A DNA stretch of 64,000 nt from Gammaproteobacteria bacterium. GTDB taxonomy: Bacteria > Pseudomonadota > Gammaproteobacteria > VBWC01. The number at the start of each line of letters is the position of its first letter. The first letter of the stretch is position 1. The notes below the pieces were generated by a model that ran no database searches, was not told the origin of the DNA, and worked only from the letters and a program-made list of their open reading frames with translations. Below, in pieces: positions 28,341 to 37,967 of this stretch. The stretch covers positions 203,572 to 267,571 of the forward strand of contig VBWC01000010.1 of the NCBI GenBank assembly GCA_006218035.1, given 5' to 3'. A program made the translations under genes and the position numbers.

Positions 28341-29513
28341 ATGCCGGAGCCATTGATGTCGAATTACGCCCGCTTGCCGGTCACGTTTGAACGGGGCGAA
28401 GGCGCCTGGTTATGGGACGAGCACGGGCGCAAGTACCTGGACGCGCTCAGTGGCGTCGCTGTCTGCGGGCTGGGGCACGCGCATCCTGCGGTCACGCAGG
28501 CGATCTGCGATCAGGCCAACCAGCTGGTGCACACGTCCAATCTCTACAGCATCAAGCATCAGCAGCGGCTGGCCGAGGAGCTGACCGCGCTGTCTCGCAT
28601 GCAGAGCAGCTTTTTCTGTAACTCCGGCGCGGAAGCCAACGAGGCGGCGCTCAAGATCGCCCGGCTGGTCGGGCATGCGCGGGGCATCGGGATTCCGACG
28701 ATAGTCGTGACCGAAAACAGTTTCCACGGCCGCACATTGGCGACGCTGACGGCCACTGGTAATCTGAAAATCCAGCAGGGCTTTGAACCGCTAATGCCGG
28801 GATTCGTCCGCGTGCCTTATAACGATGTTGCGGCGCTGCGCGCGCTAGCGAAATCCGATCAGAATATTGTCGCGGTGCTGCTGGAACCGATCCAGGGCGA
28901 GAGCGGCGTGAATATCCCCGACGACGACTACCTGAACCAGGTACGCGCGATTTGTGATACGCATGACTGGCTGATGATGCTCGATGAGGTACAGACCGGC
29001 ATGGGCCGCACCGGCAGGTGGTTCGCGTTTCAGCATCACGGGATACAACCGGACGTCATGACGCTGGCGAAAGGACTGGGCAACGGCGTGCCGATAGGTG
29101 CGTGCCTGGCGAGTGGCGTCGCGGCGGCCGCGTTCACGCCGGGCAGCCACGGCTCGACGTTCGGCGGTAATCCGCTGGCGTGCCGTGCGGCGCTCGCGGT
29201 GGTCGATACGATGCGGCGTCATGAGCTGGTGGAACGCGCCGCGTATCTCGGCAACCGGATACTGACGACGCTGCAACGCGAACTGGCGGGATGCGGTCAT
29301 GTGAAAGCCGTGCGCGGCAAGGGATTGATGATCGGCGTCGAGCTGGACCGGCCGTGCGCCGCGCTGGTAAAGCAGGCGCTGGAACACGGGGTCTTGATCA
29401 ATGTCACGGCGGAAAAGGTGATCCGGCTGCTGCCGCCGCTGATCCTGACCGATGCCGAGGCCGACCAGATCTCGGGCACCGTCAGCCGGCTGGTCACCGG
29501 CTTCACGCATTAA
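28341..29513 (+). CDS. argD: Acetylornithine/succinyl-diaminopimelate aminotransferase, class III PLP.
   Basis: Class-III aminotransferase motifs, including the Lys in [12 protein letters not shown]...TLAKGLGNG. It sits directly upstream of argF. Confidence 0.9.
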   Translation: MPEPLMSNYARLPVTFERGEGAWLWDEHGRKYLDALSGVAVCGLGHAHPAVTQAICDQANQLVHTSNLYSIKHQQRLAEELTALSRMQSSFFCNSGAEANEAALKIARLVGHARGIGIPTIVVTENSFHGRTLATLTATGNLKIQQGFEPLMPGFVRVPYNDVAALRALAKSDQNIVAVLLEPIQGESGVNIPDDDYLNQVRAICDTHDWLMMLDEVQTGMGRTGRWFAFQHHGIQPDVMTLAKGLGNGVPIGACLASGVAAAAFTPGSHGSTFGGNPLACRAALAVVDTMRRHELVERAAYLGNRILTTLQRELAGCGHVKAVRGKGLMIGVELDRPCAALVKQALEHGVLINVTAEKVIRLLPPLILTDAEADQISGTVSRLVTGFTH

Positions 29514-29544
29514 GCGGAACGCAGCCGACAATCACGAGCGAGCC

Positions 29545-30462
29545 ATGGCAAAACGGCATTTCCTGACACTGATGGACCTGAGTCCGGCGGAATTGCGCGG
29601 ACTGGTCGCGCGCGCGATCGAGCTGAAGCAAATGCAGCGCGACGGCAAGACCTACGAGCCACTGAAAAACAAGGTGCTCGCGATGGTGTTCGAGAAATCG
29701 TCGACGCGTACGCGTGTGTCGTTCGAGGTCGCGATGAGCCAGTTCGGCGGCACTGCGATCTTCCTGTCGCCACGCGATACCCAGCTGGGTCGCGGTGAAC
29801 CCGTGGAGGACACGGCACGCGTGCTGTCGCGCATGGTCGACGTCATCATGATACGCACCTACGAGCACGAAAAGGCCGAGAGCTTTGCCGCCAATTCAGG
29901 AGTGCCGGTGATCAATGCCCTGACCGACCGGCATCACCCGTGCCAGTTGCTTGCCGACATGCAGACGTTCTACGAGCACCGCGGCGACATCCGCGGCAAA
30001 ACCGTCGCCTGGATCGGCGACGGCAACAACATGTGCCATTCGTATATCGATGCCGCCCGGCAATTTGCCTTTCAGCTGCGGATCGCGACGCCAGCGGAAC
30101 ATCAGCCGGACCCGGATACCCTCGCGCAGGCCGGCAACCACGCGCGTCTCGTGTCCAATCCACAAGAAGCGGTACGCGGCGCACATCTGGTCGTGACAGA
30201 CGTCTGGGCCAGCATGGGCCAGGAAGATGAACAGGGCAACCGCCGCCAGGTGTTCCAGCCGTTCCAGGTAAACGGCGAGCTGATGGCGGCAGCCAGCGCG
30301 GATGCGATCTTCATGCATTGCCTGCCGGCGCACCGCGGTGAGGAAGTAACTGCGGAAGTGATCGACGGAGGCCAGAGCGTGGTGTGGGATGAAGCCGAGA
30401 ACCGCCTGCATTCCCAGAAGGCTCTGCTTGAACTACTCCTGTGCCAGGGAAGCTCTGATTAA
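29545..30462 (+). CDS. argF: Ornithine carbamoyltransferase.
   Basis: STRTR carbamoyl-phosphate motif, the HCLP motif, and an [13 protein letters not shown] start. The ORF track starts at 29452, inside the argD 3' end. Confidence 0.9.
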   Translation: MAKRHFLTLMDLSPAELRGLVARAIELKQMQRDGKTYEPLKNKVLAMVFEKSSTRTRVSFEVAMSQFGGTAIFLSPRDTQLGRGEPVEDTARVLSRMVDVIMIRTYEHEKAESFAANSGVPVINALTDRHHPCQLLADMQTFYEHRGDIRGKTVAWIGDGNNMCHSYIDAARQFAFQLRIATPAEHQPDPDTLAQAGNHARLVSNPQEAVRGAHLVVTDVWASMGQEDEQGNRRQVFQPFQVNGELMAAASADAIFMHCLPAHRGEEVTAEVIDGGQSVVWDEAENRLHSQKALLELLLCQGSSD

Positions 30463-30477
30463 TCATTTTGTTGCCAT

Positions 30478-30602
30478 TCCCGTACCCTCCGGGCATAAAC
30501 TTCGCGGGAATCCAGTAACACCCTGTTTCGAAAAGTAACACCCTGTTTCGAAAGCACTGGATTCCGGGTCTCCGCTACGCTTCGCCCGGAATGACGACAC
30601 AT
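30478..30602. repeat. Intergenic repeat element, family D. It contains the tandem direct repeat taacaccctgtttcgaaa twice, flanked by the inverted repeats gggaatccagt...cactggattcc and cgcgggaat...cccggaatgac.
   Basis: It shares the (c)gggaatgac(ga) end-module with 2870-2895 and the gtcattccgg modules of family B. Confidence 0.55.
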
Positions 30603-30633
30603 CAGAGCTCCCCTGGCTGCGCGGCCATTAACA

Positions 30634-30664
30634 AAAAAGCGGGCTGATGCCCGCTTTTTTTTCT
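30634..30664. terminator. Bidirectional rho-independent terminator, aaaaaagcgggc tgat gcccgcttttttttt. It lies between argF (plus strand) and the cytochrome c4 gene (minus strand).
   Basis: A 7-bp GC-rich stem with a 4-nt loop, flanked by an A-tract upstream and a T-tract downstream. Confidence 0.75.
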
Positions 30665-30679
30665 GAATCCAAAATCTTT

Positions 30680-31318
30680 TTAATGTTGCGTTGACAGGTA
30701 CTCTGCAACCGCCTTGATCTCGTCATCCGACAGTTTCTTCGCGATCGCCCCCATCATGCCGGCCGGATCGTTCGCTCGCACGCCGCCCTTGAGATCGGTA
30801 AGCTCCTTGATTATGTAGTCGCGGTGCTGACCGCCGATCACCGGAAAGACCGCGATGTTCGGCGCCTTGCCCTTGCCGCGTTCGCCATGGCAATTGATAC
30901 AGCCATAAAGACCGGACTGAATATTGCCTTCGCGGAATAACTTTTCACCCGCTGCCAACAGACTCCGGTCCGGGGTCGTCAACGACGCGTCCTTCATCTT
31001 CTGTTGGGAGAAGTAGGCGGCGATATCCCTCGCGTCCTCAACTGACGCCACCGTTGCCGCCATTGCAGCCATCGTCTCGTTGTTGGCGCGATGACCACTT
31101 TGAAAGTCCCGGATCTGCTTGACGATGTAATCGGCATATTGACCGGCCAGCCGCGGAAACGTCGCATCCTCACTGTTGCCGTCAGCACCATGGCAACCAG
31201 CACAAAGCCCGGACTTCTCCAGACCGGCGGCCGGATCTCCCTCAGCGTACGCCACACCCGCCAGCAGCACGATTGCGAGCGGTAGACAAGAACCGAAACC
31301 CTTGATTATTTTTCGCAT
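30680..31318 (-). CDS. Diheme cytochrome c4.
   Basis: Signal peptide and two CxxCH haem-binding sites (CAGCHG and CINCHG), with Met ligands, in two cytochrome c domains. Confidence 0.9.
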   Translation of the reverse strand: MRKIIKGFGSCLPLAIVLLAGVAYAEGDPAAGLEKSGLCAGCHGADGNSEDATFPRLAGQYADYIVKQIRDFQSGHRANNETMAAMAATVASVEDARDIAAYFSQQKMKDASLTTPDRSLLAAGEKLFREGNIQSGLYGCINCHGERGKGKAPNIAVFPVIGGQHRDYIIKELTDLKGGVRANDPAGMMGAIAKKLSDDEIKAVAEYLSTQH

Positions 31319-31460
31319 ACATACACCCCTTTCTCACCGGTGACTGTCGCCGCCCGACCGTCCTGGGCCGCCCCGATTTCGCAGCGTAGACCAGTCTTTA
31401 TATATCAGCCGCTTAAGCTGTCGTCAAACGCGCACCGCTTGCCCGTACGCAAAACGACCA

Positions 31461-33008
31461 CTAATACGCGTTCTTGCTGGAAAACCCCCTGAACACGGTC
31501 AGCAAAATGATTTTTATGTCGAGCCCAAGCGACCAGTTACTGATATAGCCAAGATCGTGCTCCACACGCTTTTGCATTTTTTCAATGGCGTCTGTTTCGC
31601 CGCGCCAGCCATTGATCTGCGCGAGACCCGTGATTCCAGGCTTGACCTTGTGACGCAGCATGTAGCCGCTGATCAGCTTCCGGTACTGCTCATTATGCGC
31701 CACCGCGTGAGGCCTCGGGCCGACGATGGACATCGTCCCTTGCAGCACATTGATAAATTGCGGAAGCTCATCAAGGGAAGTGCGCCGTAAAAACGCGCCA
31801 AAAGGCGTAATGCGGGGATCATTCTTCTTCGCCTGCGTTACTTCCGAGCCATCCTCACTGACCAGCATGGTTCTGAACTTCCAGACATCAATCATATGGC
31901 CATTCATGCCGTACCGCCGCTGCTTGAAAAACACCGATCCCGCCGAAGTTCGCTTGATCTCCAGCGCTATAAGAAGCATCGGAACGGCAATAATTAACAG
32001 GATAATCGACCCGGCCACCACATCGAGCGCGCGCTTGAGCCAGCCGTCGACACCGTAGAACGGGGTATCAAAAATGCTTATAACCGGCAAGTCGCCGATG
32101 TTGCCCCATTTTGAATGGAGCAATTCGTACATGAACACATCGGGCACCAAATAGACTGAAACCGTGCTATCCGACAATTTGTTAATCAACCGCTTGATGC
32201 GCGCCTCGGCGAACATCGGTAACGTTATATAGATGAGATCGACGTCCCCCTTGCGGGCCGCCTCGACGAGATCATCCAGATCACCGGCCAATTCGCCCGA
32301 TACTCGTCGTGATCCGGCCAGTTTCCGATCGTCGTAAAAACCGACCGGCATCAAGCCCATCGACGGTGTTCTCAATATTGTCTGCGCCAGGTTGGCACCG
32401 AGTTCACGAGCGCCGACAATCGCAACGCGACGCGTGTTAAACCCGTGCCGTCGAATGATAGCAAGCAACATATGGAGCCCGGCGTGTGCCGCAGTCAGCA
32501 CAAACGGGGTGGCGACAAACCACGTCAAGATGACAGCACGCGTGTATTCTCCGCCTGACCCTGTGACATACGCGATCAACGCCAGTCCCAGTACCACGAG
32601 TATCCATGCCGCCACCATGCGCAGAAGGTCTCCGATCAGAGACGCGCCATGCCAGGAGCGATAAAGATCTATCGACTCGGCAAATAACATGAACAGCCCT
32701 ATCGCGCAGGCAACCGCAAGGGTGTAGTGGTCGGCCCACCCATCAATATAAAGGCGATCTACCGCCCACAGCGTAACGGCGATCCAGAATGCGTCCATCA
32801 GGCGGGTACCCGCGCGGACTACCGAATCGCCCGAAGAACCCGTTGAACGCTTGGAAAAACCCATTCTGTCAGACCCAAAAACAGCCGTAGCGGCGCCGGA
32901 ATTCCGGATAATCTCTTCAAATGCCAATGATAGTTCCTCCTTGCCAATATGCAAGTGATTGAAAATTCCGAGGAAAGCAAACGCATTTCGCCCGTCGGGT
33001 CGGTTCAC
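31461..33008 (-). CDS. Undecaprenyl-phosphate hexose-1-phosphate transferase, WbaP/WcaJ-like priming glycosyltransferase.
   Basis: N-terminal TM bundle, a CoA-binding-like domain, and the C-terminal bacterial sugar transferase signature (SIVGPRPH...GITGLAQINGWRGET). Confidence 0.85.
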   Translation of the reverse strand: MNRPDGRNAFAFLGIFNHLHIGKEELSLAFEEIIRNSGAATAVFGSDRMGFSKRSTGSSGDSVVRAGTRLMDAFWIAVTLWAVDRLYIDGWADHYTLAVACAIGLFMLFAESIDLYRSWHGASLIGDLLRMVAAWILVVLGLALIAYVTGSGGEYTRAVILTWFVATPFVLTAAHAGLHMLLAIIRRHGFNTRRVAIVGARELGANLAQTILRTPSMGLMPVGFYDDRKLAGSRRVSGELAGDLDDLVEAARKGDVDLIYITLPMFAEARIKRLINKLSDSTVSVYLVPDVFMYELLHSKWGNIGDLPVISIFDTPFYGVDGWLKRALDVVAGSIILLIIAVPMLLIALEIKRTSAGSVFFKQRRYGMNGHMIDVWKFRTMLVSEDGSEVTQAKKNDPRITPFGAFLRRTSLDELPQFINVLQGTMSIVGPRPHAVAHNEQYRKLISGYMLRHKVKPGITGLAQINGWRGETDAIEKMQKRVEHDLGYISNWSLGLDIKIILLTVFRGFSSKNAY

Positions 33009-33403
33009 CCGAGTATAGGAATAGTGTTAAGCATGTTGCATACCAACCAACTTCGCTCACGCGAAGATTGATCTTTTCTCAATTAATACAGAATGTTATA
33101 AAGCGCCGCCGGATGACCCGGAAGGACACAGCGAGGAAACGCGGGTCTAACCGTTAAATATCCCGACAGAGCGGAGGTTCACATATTACATGCTCGACCA
33201 CGGCGAAAACCTGCGGGTGGACACGAATGTCTCGACACCAATATCAATACAATTCAGCCACACGGAAGTGATGTTGAGCGGAGGAAACAAAGCGGCATAC
33301 CGAACGAACACCGCGATTCCAGACCATGGTCAATACTATCAGGTCAATCGGAACGACTCAAAAATGTCCCACCACCTGGAAAACACGCTTCGTGAAGCAC
33401 CGT

Positions 33404-35560
33404 CTATTTATAACTGTGAAACATCTCCGTGAATACTACGCCTCCTGGCCGGCTCTCCACGAGAAAGGTGATCGTTCCCGAAACGTTCTTGGTATCCCTG
33501 TCGCCCTTGTAGCGAATTTCTACATTGAATTTTCCCTGGCCAGCCGCTGATGTCTCCATGAGGTTCCAGTGCATATCCGATAAGACAAATTCCCGCACAT
33601 CGGTTTCGCCAAAAAAATTCTGATAGTCCTGGCGTATGCCACCAAGATCGTTTCGGCCGTTAGTACGCACATCGCCGGAAAACAGGCGCAAAAACCCGGC
33701 GACATCCCCGTTGCGGTAGGTCGAAATAAACGTCTCGAGAAGCGCATCCACATCCGTTTGTGAGATTGCATGCGACGTTCCCGTATCGACGACCGGGCGG
33801 GCACTATTACCGCGCACTTGCGGAACAGAAGCATCTGCGCGCGTTACGGGCGCAACCTCGGTGTCTGCTTGCACTCGCTCTTCAGGAGGTGTCAAAGCCG
33901 CTGCGGATGAAGTCACCGGTTCGCTGGTGATGGTGTTCTCCATCTGATTTACTTCAGCCCTGCCGGACGACTCGGACTGTTTTTTTTCCAGCGGTGCATC
34001 GACGGCTTCTCGTTGCGCCGAGCTCTGACTTTTTGCCGGCGAAGACGGAGGTGCAGTTAAAGCCGGCGGCGCCGCACCCGCTCGAGGGGTCTTGACGTCG
34101 ATCGATGTCACGCGGGACGCAATCGACGCCTTATCCTGCTCCCGAGCCCGGCTACCTGTTGTTACCGCTGGTCGTACGATACCGGAGGTCGTTGCGGGTG
34201 GTTCAACTGCCTTGATCGACCCAGGAGGGTTGGACGAGGGCACCGGTGGCGCGAAATCAGTGGTTGGCGTCGAATCGTCTCCCGGCGCCGTGTCGGGTGC
34301 CATTCCGGCGCTTGCGGCAGCGGACTCTCCCGCGGCGGGATCGAGCAGCAATTGCCCGTGGTCAGGTGGTGATCCTGCCGTCCCGGATTCCGGAGTCGCC
34401 TGATCGGCTGTCTCTGCCGCGGCCTTGGTCACGGCATCCACGGCGTCGGCATCGACAATGGCCTCGCTGCCCGGTTTGACCAGCGATTGATCACTGTCAC
34501 GATCCGGTAGCCCTGTGAGGACCGAATACTTGCTATAGATGACAATGGCCAACAACACCGCGAGCGAGACGCTCACGATGACAAGCGGGCCAATCCGCGC
34601 AGACTTGGCGCTCGCTGCCTCGTTGTTGATCCGTGCCGCGTGATCGCTCAAATCAGGCAGGATGACTTCTTCTGAGGCATGGTCTTCAACTCCACCACCA
34701 GAACGTTCAGCAGTAGAATTTTCTTGATTACGAACCTGAAGATATTCCAGGCGACGCAGCTCCTCTTCCGTCAAGGCAGATTCGGCTCGATTAAAATGCG
34801 AATCCAAAAACTTCTGGAACGGCTTTTCTGATTCGGAGTCCACCGCGGCCTGCTTTTCATCAGTGCGTGCGTCAGTTACCGGACGAACATCCGGCCTTCG
34901 CTCCTGCGAAGAAGTATCCTGCGGCATATCAGACCGGACGTTTAACGATCCATTGGCGGGCTCGCGTTTGGCGTTCTGTTCGACAAGATGCTTCGCCAAA
35001 AAAGAACCGCCGACGGGCTTATTTCTTGGCGCGGGCACTGTTGGTTCGAGACGCGATTTGGGCGTTTGGCTGTCGAGACCATATTCGACGCTTTTCGCCG
35101 CCGGAGCACTCGGTGCCGACGGATTCGCGTCGTAGGCGCGCCGCTTGTCGGGCTGTCGCAGAACACTATAGGCTTCATTGATACGAATAGCGGAATTCTC
35201 ATCCCAATTCGATTTGTCATCTGACGCGCCAATCGTCAATAAACCGGTTAACGCATGAAAATGTCTTCGTATGTCATCGCCGGTAGCGTTCCGATCCAAT
35301 CCTAAGCAGCGATAGTAGTCACCGCCTTGCGCGAGCAAAACGTTTTTCACAAAAAATACCGTCGCTGAACGCCGCTCTTCCGTAACGCTAGACGACCATA
35401 TCTCGGGCGCGCCCTCAGGGGAGGTATTTGCTTCATTGACCGCCATTTCAAGAAAAGCGCTTACGCCGTCAGGCAACGGGCAATTCACGTTAGCAAGGTC
35501 CGGAAAAAGATGCGGCTCCCTGAAATACTTGATAACAAGTTCGAAGATTTGGTTGTCCAC
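33404..35560 (-). CDS. Membrane-anchored protein with a degenerate N-terminal J-like domain (no HPD), a long Pro/Ala/Ser/Asp-rich low-complexity segment, one TM helix, and a C-terminal NTF2/SnoaL-like domain.
   Basis: J-like region: DYYRCLGLDRNATGDDIRRHFHALTGLL...INEAYSVLRQPDKRRAYD. TM: IGPLVIVSVSLAVLLAIVIY. C-terminus: FLRLFSGDVRTNGRNDLGGIRQDYQNFFGETDVREFVLSDMHWN. Confidence 0.5.
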   Translation of the reverse strand: MDNQIFELVIKYFREPHLFPDLANVNCPLPDGVSAFLEMAVNEANTSPEGAPEIWSSSVTEERRSATVFFVKNVLLAQGGDYYRCLGLDRNATGDDIRRHFHALTGLLTIGASDDKSNWDENSAIRINEAYSVLRQPDKRRAYDANPSAPSAPAAKSVEYGLDSQTPKSRLEPTVPAPRNKPVGGSFLAKHLVEQNAKREPANGSLNVRSDMPQDTSSQERRPDVRPVTDARTDEKQAAVDSESEKPFQKFLDSHFNRAESALTEEELRRLEYLQVRNQENSTAERSGGGVEDHASEEVILPDLSDHAARINNEAASAKSARIGPLVIVSVSLAVLLAIVIYSKYSVLTGLPDRDSDQSLVKPGSEAIVDADAVDAVTKAAAETADQATPESGTAGSPPDHGQLLLDPAAGESAAASAGMAPDTAPGDDSTPTTDFAPPVPSSNPPGSIKAVEPPATTSGIVRPAVTTGSRAREQDKASIASRVTSIDVKTPRAGAAPPALTAPPSSPAKSQSSAQREAVDAPLEKKQSESSGRAEVNQMENTITSEPVTSSAAALTPPEERVQADTEVAPVTRADASVPQVRGNSARPVVDTGTSHAISQTDVDALLETFISTYRNGDVAGFLRLFSGDVRTNGRNDLGGIRQDYQNFFGETDVREFVLSDMHWNLMETSAAGQGKFNVEIRYKGDRDTKNVSGTITFLVESRPGGVVFTEMFHSYK

Positions 35561-35945
35561 GACGTCTAGAAATCAATAAGATTAGGTCACAAAGATCGAA
35601 CCAAGATAACAACCCGCCATAAAATCAAAAGGTTATCAAATTTGGCGTCCACAAGGAAGGAAATCTATCGTGATGGCGGCATGCACTATCGCATTTTTTG
35701 AAAAAATGTACCCGTGAATATTTACCCGGATTAATATTCTACCCGCCTTAAAGAAAGAAATAGTCATGACCGATACTGTCAGGCAGGCCAGCGATACCGG
35801 GTTGCTTCTTCGGGTACAGTCGACTACCCTACCCGCGGCGAACAATGTATTCGGAAATATTCGCGTTGCCCAGCGCAATTTCGCAGCTTAGTTGGTTTCG
35901 ATTTCACCCGTTGCTTGGTTACAACAGGGAATACCTCTAGGACTC

Positions 35946-36617
35946 ATGGATAGAACAAAAAGGCACTGTAACCCAGGTTTTTTACTAAAGAAAATCGTAA
36001 TTCGATTGTTGTATTTTGGCATGGTCGTTGGTGTTATTTCGGGCTGCAACTTAGCGACTCGAAACTCTGCCGACAACGCGGTTCAAACAAGCAATAACGT
36101 TGTAACCAGTGTCAATATTCCGGTCACGATAGATATCGCTTCCCAGGCTATTGCGAAACGATCCCCTACATCACCGGGCAATGTCGTTGTGTCGATCGAG
36201 TCTAGCCCCCAGAACGGCTCGACTGAGGTGCTCGGCGATAACAAAATCGTGTACACGCCATCAGCTGGTTACCATGGGCAGGACACCTTCGTTTACAAGA
36301 TTTCGGATCTGAATGGCCCGTTTGAAGTAGGAACGATTTCCATCGGCGTAATTTGCGAATACTGTGTGCCGGAAGCCAAACTAGTGACGTTGTCGTGGAA
36401 TCCGATTCCCGACAATAGCCTGATCTACATGGTCTATTTTGGATCTTCTCCGACGAACGCAACTACCTTGGCCTCGGAAACCGCTCAATCGCGGGTAGAG
36501 CTTAGTGTGGTCGCCGATTTGGGGGCAAGCGTGGGCGAGACGCTGTGTTTCCGGCTCCGGGCGCGCAATGATGCCGGAATCTCCGGGTTCTCCGCTCCCG
36601 TCTGCATGGTCGCCTGA
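35946..36617 (+). CDS. Lipoprotein with a cadherin-like/Ig-like domain and a C-terminal Cys-pair FN3-like domain.
   Basis: Lipobox VISGC. The motif IVYTPSAGYHGQDTFVYKISDLNG is typical of cadherin-like/VCBS repeats. The C-terminus ...CFRLRARNDAGISGFSAPVC is homologous to the C-terminus of the protein encoded at 37968..40355. Confidence 0.55.
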   Translation: MDRTKRHCNPGFLLKKIVIRLLYFGMVVGVISGCNLATRNSADNAVQTSNNVVTSVNIPVTIDIASQAIAKRSPTSPGNVVVSIESSPQNGSTEVLGDNKIVYTPSAGYHGQDTFVYKISDLNGPFEVGTISIGVICEYCVPEAKLVTLSWNPIPDNSLIYMVYFGSSPTNATTLASETAQSRVELSVVADLGASVGETLCFRLRARNDAGISGFSAPVCMVA

Positions 36618-36651
36618 TACCTCTGGAACCGCTCTCGCTGTCTTCTCAACT

Positions 36652-37605
36652 TCACGTCGGACGACGGGATTTCAGATAAGAAATCAATTGGATTAATCCG
36701 TCTTCCATATTAATGTTCGGTCGCCAATCGAGAACCTCCTTGGCACGCGTAATATTTGCCCAGGAGTCCCGTATATCCCCCTCTCTCGAACCCTTATAAT
36801 TTGCGTTAACTGGGGTATTCATAATTTCCCCGAGCATTCTCAACAGCCGATTCAAGGTCACGCCAGTTCCTGTGCCGATATTCAGCACCGTACCCGGGGC
36901 CTGCCGGCTTTCTGCCGCCTTTATATTCGCTTCAATAACATCCGAAATATATACAAAATCGCGCGTCTGCTCTCCGTCCCCAAAAATCACTGGTATTTCC
37001 TTTCGGAGCAGCGTGTCAACGAAAATAGAAATCACGCCGGAATAAGGTGAAGAAGGATCCTGGCGTGGTCCGAAAACGTTGAAATATCGCAACCCCACCG
37101 CCTCCAGACCGAATAGCTGAAAGTATACTTTGCAGCAATATTCAGATGACAGCTTGTCAATCGCGTAGGGCGAGAGCGGATTGGCCGGCATATCTTCGTT
37201 TAAAGGTGGTGTACTCATATCGCCATATGCAGCTGCCGATGCGGCAAACACCACACGGCTGACACAATTATACTTAGCTGCTTCGAGAACATTTAACGTG
37301 CCCAGATAATTGGTATGGTGGCTACCTATCGGGTCATCTATTGTCCTCGGCACCGAAGCGATCGCCGCCTGATGAAAAATCCACGCTACGCTCTCGCTTG
37401 CTCGAACGACCGTGTCGTAATCCCCCACATCTCCATGAATGAACTCAAGAGATCCATGGCTGGGTAAGTTTTCCAGTTTTCCAGTCGACAAATTATCAAG
37501 CACCCGCACCTTCCAGCCATCCATCAGCAAACGTTCCACGAGATGCGATCCGATAAACCCGGCCCCTCCCGTTACTAATGCAATTCCTCTTTCAGTCATA
37601 ACCAA
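36652..37605 (-). CDS. NAD-dependent nucleotide-sugar epimerase of the extended SDR type (GalE/WbpP-like).
   Basis: GGAGFIGSH Rossmann motif and a YxxxK catalytic dyad (YAIDK). Confidence 0.85.
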   Translation of the reverse strand: MVMTERGIALVTGGAGFIGSHLVERLLMDGWKVRVLDNLSTGKLENLPSHGSLEFIHGDVGDYDTVVRASESVAWIFHQAAIASVPRTIDDPIGSHHTNYLGTLNVLEAAKYNCVSRVVFAASAAAYGDMSTPPLNEDMPANPLSPYAIDKLSSEYCCKVYFQLFGLEAVGLRYFNVFGPRQDPSSPYSGVISIFVDTLLRKEIPVIFGDGEQTRDFVYISDVIEANIKAAESRQAPGTVLNIGTGTGVTLNRLLRMLGEIMNTPVNANYKGSREGDIRDSWANITRAKEVLDWRPNINMEDGLIQLISYLKSRRPT

Positions 37606-37967
37606 ATCTCTTCAGGACTGACACCAAGAATACTGCAATTGGATTCCATAATCCCCGATCCTGACATACCGCGTTCATCGCACCAGCACCAAATCAGTCA
37701 CATGGCGGGTTATACAGTAACTTTCCGGCGCGACAATAGTATGTTTCGACCTTCGCCGCAACCAGCCCGTTCTTATCCGCATTGCAGCAGTGTTTCGCGT
37801 TACGGGGCGACGCTCGCGCCAAGATATCCGCTCACAGCCACGTTATTACAGATTTTGTGACCGCCTTCACATCGGATTGGTGACCCGCCGCCCGGGGAAT
37901 CGCCAGGCGCGGTCCGATGTTATCCGTACAGCAAGTTGAATTACCTATCCGCAGGCGAGGACGTCAA

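Noticed and set aside
28845-29531. 228-aa minus-strand ORF in argD, and the 29896..30411 minus-strand ORF in argF.
   Set aside because: Antisense to well-supported arg genes.
33190-33432. 80-aa plus-strand ORF in the AT-rich gap upstream of the WbaP-like gene, with a GGAGG 11 nt before the ATG.
   Set aside because: The SD spacing is long. The composition (N/T/S/H-rich) looks like translated AT-rich promoter DNA. It overlaps the 3' end of the J-like protein gene on the opposite strand. It is probably not a gene, but this is not fully excluded.
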